In this document: piece by piece, positions 9,563 through 17,549 of the stretch
How positions within the stretch are numbered: position 1 is the stretch's first letter
How the letters are laid out: each line of letters begins with the position of its first letter
Source: Pirellulales bacterium
GTDB lineage: Bacteria > Planctomycetota > Planctomycetia > Pirellulales > UBA1268
Length of the DNA stretch: 64,000 nucleotides
Assembly: GCA_049695995.1 (NCBI GenBank)
Contig: JBAVTF010000137.1
Location: 107-64,106 of the forward strand
Direction of reading: 5' to 3'
Notes under the pieces: model-generated
The model's input: the letters and a program-made list of their open reading frames with translations, nothing else
Told to the model about the DNA's origin: nothing
The model's database searches: none
Made by a program: the position numbers and the translations under genes

Positions 9563-10066
9563 TCAGTCATCGTCGTCATCTTCCTCGTCTTCGTCCTCGT
9601 CTTCCCAGTCCTCGTCCTCGTCTTCCCACTCCTCGTCGTCTTCCTCTTCGTCCTCTTCCTCTTCGTCTTCTTCGTCCTCATCCTCGTCGTCGTCGACTTC
9701 TTCCCACTCGTCGTCGTCGTCGAGTTCCTCTTCGTCCTCGTCCTCTTCGTCCTCGTCCTCTTCGGACTCCTCGTCTTCCTCGTCGTCGTCGAATTCGTCT
9801 TCGTCGTCCTCGAATTCTTCATCCTCGTCGTCGTCTTCGTCGCCGCGGGCGACGATGTCGAGAGGCGAACGTTCTGCCACGGCCGGGCCGGCGAAAAGAT
9901 CCTCCGCGGCGAGCAGTTCGGGCAGCTCGCTCCAGGAGAACACGTCGGCGCTGAGACCATCCCGATGCGCTCGGCCACTGGCAACGATCGTCACGGCAAA
10001 AACCTCCAGGAGTCTGACTTGGCGGGCAGGCACAACCGCCAATTCTGTACCCGATCGGGGGAACAT
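9563..10066 (-). CDS. hypothetical protein with an approximately 100-aa poly-Asp/Glu C-terminal tail
   Basis: 167-aa ORF on the same strand as scpB and downstream of it. The tail is almost pure D/E with interspersed W/F (DDDDEWEEVDDD..EEWEDEDEDWEDEDEDEEDDDDD). GC3 looks weak over the first roughly 40 codons, so a GTG start near 9943 (VFSWSELPELL) is possible. Confidence 0.55.
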   Translation of the reverse strand: MFPRSGTELAVVPARQVRLLEVFAVTIVASGRAHRDGLSADVFSWSELPELLAAEDLFAGPAVAERSPLDIVARGDEDDDEDEEFEDDEDEFDDDEEDEESEEDEDEEDEDEEELDDDDEWEEVDDDEDEDEEDEEEEDEEEDDEEWEDEDEDWEDEDEDEEDDDDD

Positions 10067-10210
10067 CGTCCAATTCGCCGCCGGGCAAACAACTTTTCAG
10101 AGCGGTTCGTCCGTCAGTTTTTCGCCGCGGCGGCTGACAGTGTGGCGCGGGACCGGCCAGTGTGCAAGCCTCCGGTCCCGCAAAAAAAATGGGGCGGAGT
10201 CAGGTCGCTC

Positions 10211-10936
10211 TCAGGCGGGGGGAGTGGCTTCACTCGGCGGCGGCAGCAGCGACTCGATCGGCGGCAGATCCTCGATGCGTGCCAGGCCGAACACCGCCAG
10301 AAAACGCCGCGTGGTGACGTAGACATTCGGCCTGCCCAGCTCTTCGGCCCGACCGCCAATCGACACCAGGTCGCGCTCGAGCAACTGCCGAAGGAGCTCT
10401 TCGCTGCCCGCTCCGCGGATCGCCTCGATTTCGGCGCGGGTCACCGGCTGTCGGTAGGCAACGATGGCCAGCGTTTCGAGGGCCGCTGCCGACAAACGCC
10501 CCCCAGCCGGCTGCTCGAGCAGCCGCTTCACCCACGGGCCGAACGCGGCACGCGTCAGCAGCTGGAAGCCTCCCGCGATCGACTCCACACGGACTGCGGC
10601 CCCCGATGCCTCCTGGAGCTCACGCAGTTCCCGAACCAACGCGCGGGCGCGCGTGCCGTCGTCGAGCCGGGCCATCTTCGCCAGCCGCCGCGTGGTGAGC
10701 GGTTCGCGGGCCAGGAACAGGGCCGCTTCGAGCCGGGCCACTTCATCCGACCGCACATGCTGCCCGGGCTCAGGCTCCGATCGCGTCTGCATCCCGCTTG
10801 CATGGTGCGCGAGCATGAACCGCCGCCGCCGCGTCGCCGCTGCACCCTGCGCCGGCAGCGGACCGTCGAACGCGGCCCCGAACCGACCGCCAGCCGGCCA
10901 GCCGGCCGCCATTCCATGTCTGCCGCGCCGTGGCAT
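10211..10936 (-). CDS. scpB: segregation and condensation protein B
   Basis: The core EAALFLAREPLTTRRLAKM...LETLAIVAYRQPVTRAEIEAIRG...LLERDLV...GRPNVYVTTRRFL matches the tandem winged-helix pattern of ScpB. Confidence 0.85.
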   Translation of the reverse strand: MPRRGRHGMAAGWPAGGRFGAAFDGPLPAQGAAATRRRRFMLAHHASGMQTRSEPEPGQHVRSDEVARLEAALFLAREPLTTRRLAKMARLDDGTRARALVRELRELQEASGAAVRVESIAGGFQLLTRAAFGPWVKRLLEQPAGGRLSAAALETLAIVAYRQPVTRAEIEAIRGAGSEELLRQLLERDLVSIGGRAEELGRPNVYVTTRRFLAVFGLARIEDLPPIESLLPPPSEATPPA

Positions 10937-10997
10937 GCGTCGCCAGTCCCTTCAATCGAGCCGAGTTCGATTACTCACCGCTCAAGCGATGGCACGG

Positions 10998-11474
10998 TCA
11001 TTGAGCCGCAGACCGCCGCTCCTGCCACGCCGTGATCTCCTCCAGCAGATGCCGCTCGGCGGCGAGCGGGTCGTGGCCGGTGGCCTGGAACACCCGTTGC
11101 AACTGGCCGTCGGCGTCGAGTGCGACTCGGCAGCTGGCCAGGTGCGCCGTCGCGGCACCCGGCAACTGCCGACACTCGACGGCCACCGCGCCTGCATCGC
11201 GCAGCCGATCGCGGACCGCTGCCCGATCGGCTGCGGTGATCGCCTGCGGCGCCGTGGGCTGGGTATCGGCCGCCACCAGCGGCTCCACCCGCGCGACGCG
11301 GGCCGATGCTCCAGGACCGGCAGCCTCCCGCCATGACGTCACCCACTCGACCACCGGATCCACGACCAGCCTGCTGGCCGCGGCCGGCAGCCCAGCCGGC
11401 ACGTGGTGCGAAAACATCGCCAGCGCCGGCACGATCACCATCAGCACGACGAGGAGGCTGGAGCGAAACTTCAT
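10998..11474 (-). CDS. hypothetical membrane-anchored/secreted protein
   Basis: Start chosen at MKFRSSLLVVLMVIVPALA (signal/anchor). The upstream 31 codons of the track ORF are Arg/Pro-rich and non-coding-like. No recognisable domain. Confidence 0.5.
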   Translation of the reverse strand: MKFRSSLLVVLMVIVPALAMFSHHVPAGLPAAASRLVVDPVVEWVTSWREAAGPGASARVARVEPLVAADTQPTAPQAITAADRAAVRDRLRDAGAVAVECRQLPGAATAHLASCRVALDADGQLQRVFQATGHDPLAAERHLLEEITAWQERRSAAQ

Positions 11475-11582
11475 GGGGCGACGGCCGCGTGCCGTGGAAC
11501 ACGGCGCGGAGCTCGATGGAAGAACCAGGGGGGCGGGGAGGGTAGCGGCCCCGCACGCCTGTCGCAACGTGAATGCCAGGCG

Positions 11583-12620
11583 TCAGCCGGCCGGTTCCAC
11601 GACCACGCGGCGGGGCTGGCCCGGCCCGGCGGGGGCCGCCGGGTCGAAATGGGGCACACCCGGGGCGTATTCGATCGTCGTGGCCGACCGGGCGCGGGCG
11701 ATGCGCTCGCGCAGGATATCCGCCGCCAGCATCGATTCGATCTGCGGCCTCACGGCGTCGAGTCCGAGCCGGCCCGGCTCGGCATCCGTCACCGTCACCA
11801 GATGCACGCCGTATGGCGTCGTGAACGGCTGCGAAATGTCTCCCTTGGCGAGGGCGAACGCGGCCCGGTTGAACTCCTCGATGCAGGGTGCGCGGCGGGT
11901 GATCCAGCCCAGGTCGCCCGCCTGGAGTCGGCTCGGCCCGACCGAATGCCGACGCGCCGCAGCGGCAAACGACACCTCCCCTCGCACGATCGAGCCACGA
12001 ATCTGCTCGGCCTGCCGCAGGCAGTCCTGCACGGCTTCGTCGCCGCGGCCGACGTCGGGCCGGAGCACCACGTGGCTCACCCGCAGCCGTGTGCCGTCGA
12101 CCTCACGGCGATGCTTGGCGAAGGCGGCCTCGACGGCATCGGCTCTCAGCAGCGGCTTGATCAGCTTGTCGAGCCCGAGTTCGAGCGCGATCTGCTCCCG
12201 CAGAAACTCCTCATCACGGCCGGTCTTGGCGAGGAAGGCCATCCATTCGACGCCCCGGGCCGTCATCTGCGCCCGCAGCCTGCCGAGCGCCGCATCGATC
12301 TCCGCAGCCCCGACCACGATACCCTCGCGGTCGATCTCCGCACGGAGCAGTCGCTGGTCGATCAACTGCTCGATCGCGGCGGCCTGCACCTGCACCGGCC
12401 GGTTCACGGCCGACGCATCCGGTCCGACGCTGCCGACCCGCTGAAGCACGGCGTCGAGTTCGGCCCTCAGGATCGGCACGGAGCCCACCGTCGCGACAAC
12501 CGCCGACGGGCCCGTGTCTGCCGGCGGCTCGACCGCCCGGCCGACGCCCCCGCCGGCCACGCTCACTGACAGGCCGGCGAACACCATCAGACACAGCCGT
12601 TGCAGAGAGTTCGTCGTCAC
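11583..12620 (-). CDS. SurA/PrsA-like peptidyl-prolyl cis-trans isomerase (parvulin type)
   Basis: Signal peptide, chaperone-like helical region, and a PpiC/parvulin motif (HVVLRP...GDLGWITRRAPCIEEFNRAAFALAKGDISQPFTTPYGVHLVTV). Confidence 0.8.
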   Translation of the reverse strand: MTTNSLQRLCLMVFAGLSVSVAGGGVGRAVEPPADTGPSAVVATVGSVPILRAELDAVLQRVGSVGPDASAVNRPVQVQAAAIEQLIDQRLLRAEIDREGIVVGAAEIDAALGRLRAQMTARGVEWMAFLAKTGRDEEFLREQIALELGLDKLIKPLLRADAVEAAFAKHRREVDGTRLRVSHVVLRPDVGRGDEAVQDCLRQAEQIRGSIVRGEVSFAAAARRHSVGPSRLQAGDLGWITRRAPCIEEFNRAAFALAKGDISQPFTTPYGVHLVTVTDAEPGRLGLDAVRPQIESMLAADILRERIARARSATTIEYAPGVPHFDPAAPAGPGQPRRVVVEPAG

Positions 12621-12688
12621 CGCAGCCCTCCATGTGATTCGAGTAGACTACGCGACACACGCCGTCTTCCCAAGGCCGGGCAGCCTTC

Positions 12689-13768
12689 ATGTCGAACATC
12701 GCGATCAGCCTCTGCGGCGAGGGGCGGGGCCATGCCACCCGCATCTGCACGCTCGTCGAGCGGCTCGGATCCGGCCATGAGATCCTGATTTACACCTCTG
12801 CCGATGGCCTCGCGTTTCTCCAAGGGCGGCTCGCCGACCGGCCCGGCATCCGCCTCGAGTCGATTCCGGGCATCATGTTCGAGTACGTGGGCGGCCGGCT
12901 CGACCTCATGCGATCGATTACCGCAGGGCTCGACTATCAGGCCCGCCAGATCGGCCCGCTCGTCGATCGGATGCTCCGCGACTTCGACGGGTTTCGGCCC
13001 GACCTGGCAATCACCGACTTCGAGCCGGCGCTGCCGCGGGCCGCGGGCCGCGCAGGCGTGCCGCTGGTGAGCGTGGACCATCAGCACTTCCTGCTCGCCT
13101 ACGACCTCGACGCGCTGCCGTGGACGCTCCAGTGGAACGCCTGGTTCATGAGCCACGCCGTCTGGCTCTACGTGATGGAGGCGGCTGACACGGTCGTCTC
13201 GGCGTTTTTCCGGCCTCCCCTCCGCCGCGGCTGGGAGCATGTGGTGCAGGTCGGGCCGCTCCTGCGCCGCGAGGTCGTCGAGGCCGTGCCTCGCGATGAC
13301 GGCTTCGTGCTCAGCTACCTTCGGCGGCACACGCCATTCGCCGCGATCGACTCGCTGGCAGCGTGCGGTCTGCCGGTCAAGGTGTACGGCCTCGGGACGC
13401 GGGAGCCGGTGGGCAGCGTGTCGTTTCACGAGGTCAATGATTCGGCCTTCGTGGCCGATCTCGCCTCCTGCCGCTGCGTGGTGGCCGCGGCCGGCAATCA
13501 GCTCATCGGCGAGGCTCTGCATCTCGGCAAGCCGCTGCTCGTGCTGCCCGAGCGGGCCCATGCCGAGCAGCTCATGAATGCCCACTTTCTCGACTCGATG
13601 GGCTGTGGTGACTTCACGCTGCTGGAGGAGGTCGACCGCGGCCGCGTGCGGGAGTTCGTGGACGGTCTCGACCGCTTTGCATCGGCCCTGGCTGCGGTCA
13701 CCGGCCGCATGGACGGCACGCCCGATGTGCTCCGTGTGATCGAGCGGCGGCTCGCGGCTCGTGGGTGA
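12689..13768 (+). CDS. GT-B glycosyltransferase (MurG/UDP-glycosyltransferase-like)
   Basis: 359 aa. The N-terminus ISLCGEGRGHATRICTLVERL is typical of the GT28/GT1 Gly-rich loop. The C-terminal half contains AAAGNQLIGEALHLGKPLLVLP. Confidence 0.75.
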   Translation: MSNIAISLCGEGRGHATRICTLVERLGSGHEILIYTSADGLAFLQGRLADRPGIRLESIPGIMFEYVGGRLDLMRSITAGLDYQARQIGPLVDRMLRDFDGFRPDLAITDFEPALPRAAGRAGVPLVSVDHQHFLLAYDLDALPWTLQWNAWFMSHAVWLYVMEAADTVVSAFFRPPLRRGWEHVVQVGPLLRREVVEAVPRDDGFVLSYLRRHTPFAAIDSLAACGLPVKVYGLGTREPVGSVSFHEVNDSAFVADLASCRCVVAAAGNQLIGEALHLGKPLLVLPERAHAEQLMNAHFLDSMGCGDFTLLEEVDRGRVREFVDGLDRFASALAAVTGRMDGTPDVLRVIERRLAARG

Positions 13769-13773
13769 AGGCC

Positions 13774-13922
13774 CGTGGGGTCGGGGTTGCCCAATGCCCC
13801 GTCGCCGGACGCTCGCTACGAACATCCTGTTCTTCGCTCGCTCGGATGCCACCTTCGCTCCGGCATCCTGCCTGCGCTCGGCGGCATACGCCGGCTCTCA
13901 GGGCCTTGGGCAACCCCTCACG
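13774..13922 (-). repeat. MITE-like intergenic element, family 1, copy 1 (inverted orientation)
   Basis: 149 nt that exactly fill the gap between the convergent GT and rdgB genes. The ends CGTGGGGTCGGGGTTGCCCAATGCCCC ... GGGCCTTGGGCAACCCCTCACG are terminal inverted repeats. The internal CGTCGCCGGACGCTCGCTACG block is shared with copies at 33994 and 53001, and in degenerate form with the copy at 16559. Confidence 0.8.
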
Positions 13923-13928
13923 TTTTCT

Positions 13929-14564
13929 CTAGCTGGCTGCGAGGTGCCGCACGATCTGCGGGATCATCGCCCGCAGGGCGCGGGCGCGGTGGCTGACGAC
14001 GGCCTTCACCGCGCCGGAGAGTTCACCGAACGTGCGGTGGTATTCCGGCACGATGAACAGCGGGTCGTAGCCGAAGCCACCCCCGCCGCGGCGGCTGCTC
14101 GCGATCTCGCCCCAGCAGACGCCGTGCGCAACCGCCACGATCCGGCCCGTCGGATCGGCGAGCGCCGCGTGACAGGCATAGTGGGCGGCGCGGTCGCGGC
14201 CCATGGCGTTCGCCAGCCGCTCGAGCAAGAGGCTGTTATTTCGCTCGTCGGTCGTCTCGCGGGCTCCTGCCGGCGCCGGGCCAGAAAAACGGGCGGAGTG
14301 CACGCCGGGCGCTCCGCCGAGTGCCGGCACGACGAGCCCGCTGTCTTCAGCGAGCACCCACGAGCCCAGAGCCTGCGCCTGCTGCGTCGCCTTGAGCGCC
14401 GCGTTCTCCGCGAACGTGGTCCCCGTCTCGTCGACGTCGACCGCCCCCGGCATCTCGCGGAGCGACCGGCACGGGATGCCGAAGGGAGCGAGCAGCTCAC
14501 CAAGCTCGCGCAGCTTGCCCGCGTTCGTGGTACCCAGCACGAGCAGGAGCGCAGAGTCTGACAT
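13929..14564 (-). CDS. rdgB: non-canonical purine NTP pyrophosphatase (RdgB/HAM1 family)
   Basis: Start at MSDSALLLVLGTTNAGKLRE. Motifs include ETGTTFAENAALKA, EDSGLVVPALGGAPGVHSARF, GFGYDPLF and SHRARAL. The upstream 37 codons of the track ORF lie in a repeat element. Confidence 0.85.
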   Translation of the reverse strand: MSDSALLLVLGTTNAGKLRELGELLAPFGIPCRSLREMPGAVDVDETGTTFAENAALKATQQAQALGSWVLAEDSGLVVPALGGAPGVHSARFSGPAPAGARETTDERNNSLLLERLANAMGRDRAAHYACHAALADPTGRIVAVAHGVCWGEIASSRRGGGGFGYDPLFIVPEYHRTFGELSGAVKAVVSHRARALRAMIPQIVRHLAAS

Positions 14565-14580
14565 ATCGCGCGGGTTGTAA

Positions 14581-14670
14581 CGCCGGCTCGGGGGCGGCAC
14601 AAGTCTCGTCGCAGGACCTCGAAGACTCGGTCCAAATGCTCCTCGAGCTTGCACCGACACCCTCGCCTCC
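14581..14670 (-). repeat. about 90-nt intergenic element, family 2, copy A
   Basis: CGCCGGCTCGGGGGCGGCACAAGTCTCGTCGCAGGACCTCGAAGACTCGGTCCAAATGCTCCTCGAGCTTGCACCGACACCCTCGCCTCC. Its reverse complement differs from copy B (16613-16702) at only about 2 positions. Confidence 0.8.
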
Positions 14671-14687
14671 ACCACTTCGGAGGCTCT

Positions 14688-15842
14688 TTAACGACTGCGG
14701 CCGGCGGCGGGGCGGGGCACGTCGATCGGCTTGGGCTGGACGTCGAGCATGATGCCGTCGAACGATCGCGGCACCACCTGGCCGCTGGCCAGCGCGGCCG
14801 GATCGGGCCCCAGGCCAGCCACGATGCGGGCGATCTCCGGGTGCACTGCAGCGCGGCCGCCGCCCTGCGGCACGCTCAGTTGGTCGATGCTGCCGACGCA
14901 GACGATGCTCGAATCGCGATCGTGGAACTCCCAGGCCTGCCAGCCCTGGCGACGCAGCGCCTCGGTGAGCCGGTGGGCCTTGTCGGCCGCCTCCACGAGC
15001 CGGCTCTCTCCTTCAATGCCCCGAACCTGGGGATCGTTCCAGCCGCTGCCCTTGAGAAGTGCCACGAACGCGTCGACACCACCGCGGGGCTGCGCGGGTG
15101 CCGCAGCGGTGCCAGGCTGATCGAACGTGCCGGCGCCGGTGAACGTTGCCACCCGCACGGTGTAGCGGCCCGGGCAGTCGAGCAGGCTATGCGTCACGTC
15201 GGCATTCATCTCTTGCACGAACTGATCGACCTGCTGCCGCGAGAAGAAGTCGTCGGGCAGGAGCGGGTTCGGGATCAGCATCGCCGCATGCAGTGGTGGC
15301 TTCGTCGCCGGCGCCGCGTGCTCCTTGTTGAGCTGCACGAAGTCCGCCACGAGCCCGCTCTTCGGCGGCTTGCCACCAAGCGACTCGGGATGGAGCGTCT
15401 TGATTTTTTGGAGCGTCTTTTGGCCACGGGGGTCCTCGCACGAGGCGAAGTCGCCCACGAGCACCGCCACCTCGACCACCTGCTTCGCGTTGGCATACCG
15501 CATCGTCTTCGGCGTGCCGTCGGGATTGAGGCCCACGCCCCGCTGGCGGCCGGTGTAGTCGAAGGCTTTCTCGTGCGTGTAGGCGGCGAGCTTGTGGCGG
15601 CCGCGCAGTTCGTGTGCGAGCTTCTTCGCGTCGTCGCGGGCCGTCTCGCCACGAAACGTGGTGGCCAGCACGAGCCACGGGCCGTCCTTTTCCGCGAGGG
15701 GGTACATCGCGTCGGCATCCACAGCCTCGGTCGAGAACCACGACGCCGGCAGCCAGCCGTTCTGCGCAGCCGCCTCCGGCAGCGGCAAGCAGATCAGGGC
15801 CAACGCGGCGGCGGGCCGCAAAGCGACACGCGACATGATCAT
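14688..15842 (-). CDS. hypothetical secreted protein
   Basis: Start chosen at MIMSRVALRPAAALALICLPLPEAAAQ (signal peptide). Good GC3 throughout. No recognisable domain. Confidence 0.6.
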   Translation of the reverse strand: MIMSRVALRPAAALALICLPLPEAAAQNGWLPASWFSTEAVDADAMYPLAEKDGPWLVLATTFRGETARDDAKKLAHELRGRHKLAAYTHEKAFDYTGRQRGVGLNPDGTPKTMRYANAKQVVEVAVLVGDFASCEDPRGQKTLQKIKTLHPESLGGKPPKSGLVADFVQLNKEHAAPATKPPLHAAMLIPNPLLPDDFFSRQQVDQFVQEMNADVTHSLLDCPGRYTVRVATFTGAGTFDQPGTAAAPAQPRGGVDAFVALLKGSGWNDPQVRGIEGESRLVEAADKAHRLTEALRRQGWQAWEFHDRDSSIVCVGSIDQLSVPQGGGRAAVHPEIARIVAGLGPDPAALASGQVVPRSFDGIMLDVQPKPIDVPRPAAGRSR

Positions 15843-16004
15843 GAACCGGGAGACGAGACGCACGGGCCGGGCTCCTCTGGCTACGCATGAAGTGGACGGC
15901 CGCCGCACCACGGGCGGACCGGGGCGGGACGGTAGCAGGCGAGCCTGCGGCATGCCAGACTGAATGCCGCCTTGAGGTAGGCTGGGGGAAACTGGCGAAA
16001 AACG

Positions 16005-16469
16005 ATGCGGATTGAGACTCAAAAGTCAGGAGGGTCGCGGACTCTGGGCCCTGCCGCCGCGGTGATCGCCGCGGTATGGTTGGGACTGCTGATCGGGCCA
16101 CCGGTGACCTTTCTCAGGTGGCGCGAGGATCGGCTGGCCGAACTCACGGCTCCCCAGATCCAAGCCGACTGGGACGGCTTCCGCGCCGCCATGCAGCGCG
16201 AGTCGGGCCGTACGGGCCCCGTGCAACGAAAGGTGCCCAAGAGCGCCGAGCCTCCGGAGCTCGTCTGGCTCCGCGACTACCCCGCGCTCGCCGTCACCGC
16301 CTGGGTGACCTTCGTGGGCATCCTGGGCGGCTTCGTCGCACTGCTCGCGCTGGGCATGCTCCGCGAAGCAGCCGCCCGCTCAGCGGCCGAGAATCAGACG
16401 CGCCGTGAGGGCGACGACGAAAAACAGCACCAGCGTGATGCCGAGCACACCGAGCAACGACGACACTGA
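16005..16469 (+). CDS. hypothetical small membrane protein (2 predicted TM helices)
   Basis: 154 aa. Hydrophobic segments AAAVIAAVWLGLLIG and LAVTAWVTFVGILGGFVALLALGML. The codon third position is strongly G/C. Charged C-terminal tail. Confidence 0.55.
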   Translation: MRIETQKSGGSRTLGPAAAVIAAVWLGLLIGPPVTFLRWREDRLAELTAPQIQADWDGFRAAMQRESGRTGPVQRKVPKSAEPPELVWLRDYPALAVTAWVTFVGILGGFVALLALGMLREAAARSAAENQTRREGDDEKQHQRDAEHTEQRRH

Positions 16470-16558
16470 ATCACCTCAGACACAGGACGGCCGAACCCGG
16501 CAACGATCGTAGCCAGCGGCAACGCCCCATAAAAGGCCGATCCTAGAGTCCGAAACGA

Positions 16559-16770
16559 CGTGAGGGGTTGCCCACGCCCCGAAGGCCGGCGTATGCCGAC
16601 GAGCGCACGCAGGGAGGCGAGGGTGTCGGTGCAAGCTCGAGGAGCATTTGGACCGAGTCTTCGAGGTCCCGCGACGAGACTTGTACCGCCCCCGAGCCGG
16701 CGACACACCTTTTACGTGTGCGACCCCAGCGAGCGTCCGGCTCTCGGGGCGTGGGCAACCCCGACCCACG
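16559..16770 (+). repeat. composite element: family-1 MITE-like element carrying a nested family-2 insertion
   Basis: Family-1 ends are CGTGAGGGGTTGCCCACGCCCC (16559-) and GGGGCGTGGGCAACCCCGACCCACG (-16770). The family-1 left arm CCGGCGTATGCCGACGAGCGCACGCAGG is followed by the complete family-2 unit at 16613-16702. The element abuts the stop codon of the XRE gene at 16771. Confidence 0.8.
16613..16702 (+). repeat. about 90-nt element, family 2, copy B (nested)
   Basis: GGAGGCGAGGGTGTCGGTGCAAGCTCGAGGAGCATTTGGACCGAGTCTTCGAGGTCCCGCGACGAGACTTGTACCGCCCCCGAGCCGGCG. Internal complementarity: GGTGCAAG/CTTGTACC and CTCGA/TCGAG. Confidence 0.8.
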
Positions 16771-17382
16771 CTAACCAGCGCCGCGGCGAAACATGTCCTC
16801 GGAGACAGTCGCGCTGCCCGTGCGGCCGACATCGTCGAGCGTCCGCCGCTGCCCGACCGAGTGCCACGGTGTCACGTCGGCCAGCTCCGGCATGATCTCG
16901 AGAATCTGGTCGACGAGCATCTCCACCATGCGGGCCGCCGGCGAACCGTCCATCCGCTCACGGAGCGCGGCGGCCGTCTTCATCAGCTTCACCATGCGCG
17001 ACCGCTGCAGCACTGGGCCCGACAACTGGCCATCGCCTTCGACGAGCAACTCGGCGACGGGCACCTCCAGAACCTCCTGCCATCGATGGAGGTCGGAGAT
17101 GCGGAGGTCGCAATCGGGCTGCTCCTGGCGGCGCACGACGGGCAGCGACATGCCGAGTCGCCGCGCGACGTTCCGCAAGGTCACACCCTGCAGCCGCCGG
17201 ACTTCGGCGATGCGATGGAGCATTGCCTGCTCACGCCGCGGGCTGTCACGGCTGACCAGATCCTCCTCCGCCCGTGTGACATCGGAGTGTTCGAGGTCGG
17301 CGACCGCCTGAGGATCGCCGAAGAGGTCGTCCTGTTCGTCGAACTCGTCGAAACGATTCCGGTTGCAATCCACGGTCGCCAT
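16771..17382 (-). CDS. XRE-family helix-turn-helix transcriptional regulator
   Basis: Start at MATVDCNRNRF. HTH region IAEVRRLQGVTLRNVARRLGMSLPVVRRQEQ..DLRISDLHRWQEVLEVPVAELL. The upstream 72 codons of the track ORF are rejected. Confidence 0.7.
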   Translation of the reverse strand: MATVDCNRNRFDEFDEQDDLFGDPQAVADLEHSDVTRAEEDLVSRDSPRREQAMLHRIAEVRRLQGVTLRNVARRLGMSLPVVRRQEQPDCDLRISDLHRWQEVLEVPVAELLVEGDGQLSGPVLQRSRMVKLMKTAAALRERMDGSPAARMVEMLVDQILEIMPELADVTPWHSVGQRRTLDDVGRTGSATVSEDMFRRGAG

Positions 17383-17549
17383 GGTCGTGTCTCCCGAAGC
17401 GGCCTCTGCATCGCCCACCCGTGCGGTGGTGCAAGCAATACGGAGGCTGACCACGAAGCGTTCACGGCTATCGGGAAAATTTTTCCGTGTGCGGCAGCAG
17501 GCGGCAGGCCGCGTGGTAGCTTGGGGCCGACCTGCTGCAGGAACACGAC

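Noticed and set aside
9522-10322. 266-aa poly-Ser ORF on the plus strand
   Set aside because: It is the antisense reading of the (GAN)n acidic-tail repeat. It has no operon context on the plus strand (it would start right after a convergent stop) and reads into Arg-rich junk that overlaps scpB. Kept only as an alternative in the acidic-protein finding.
13774-16770. Possibility that the recurring repeats form a CRISPR array
   Set aside because: The copies are 90-210 nt long, irregularly spaced (kilobases apart), in both orientations and separated by genes. No cas genes are present. This is not CRISPR architecture.
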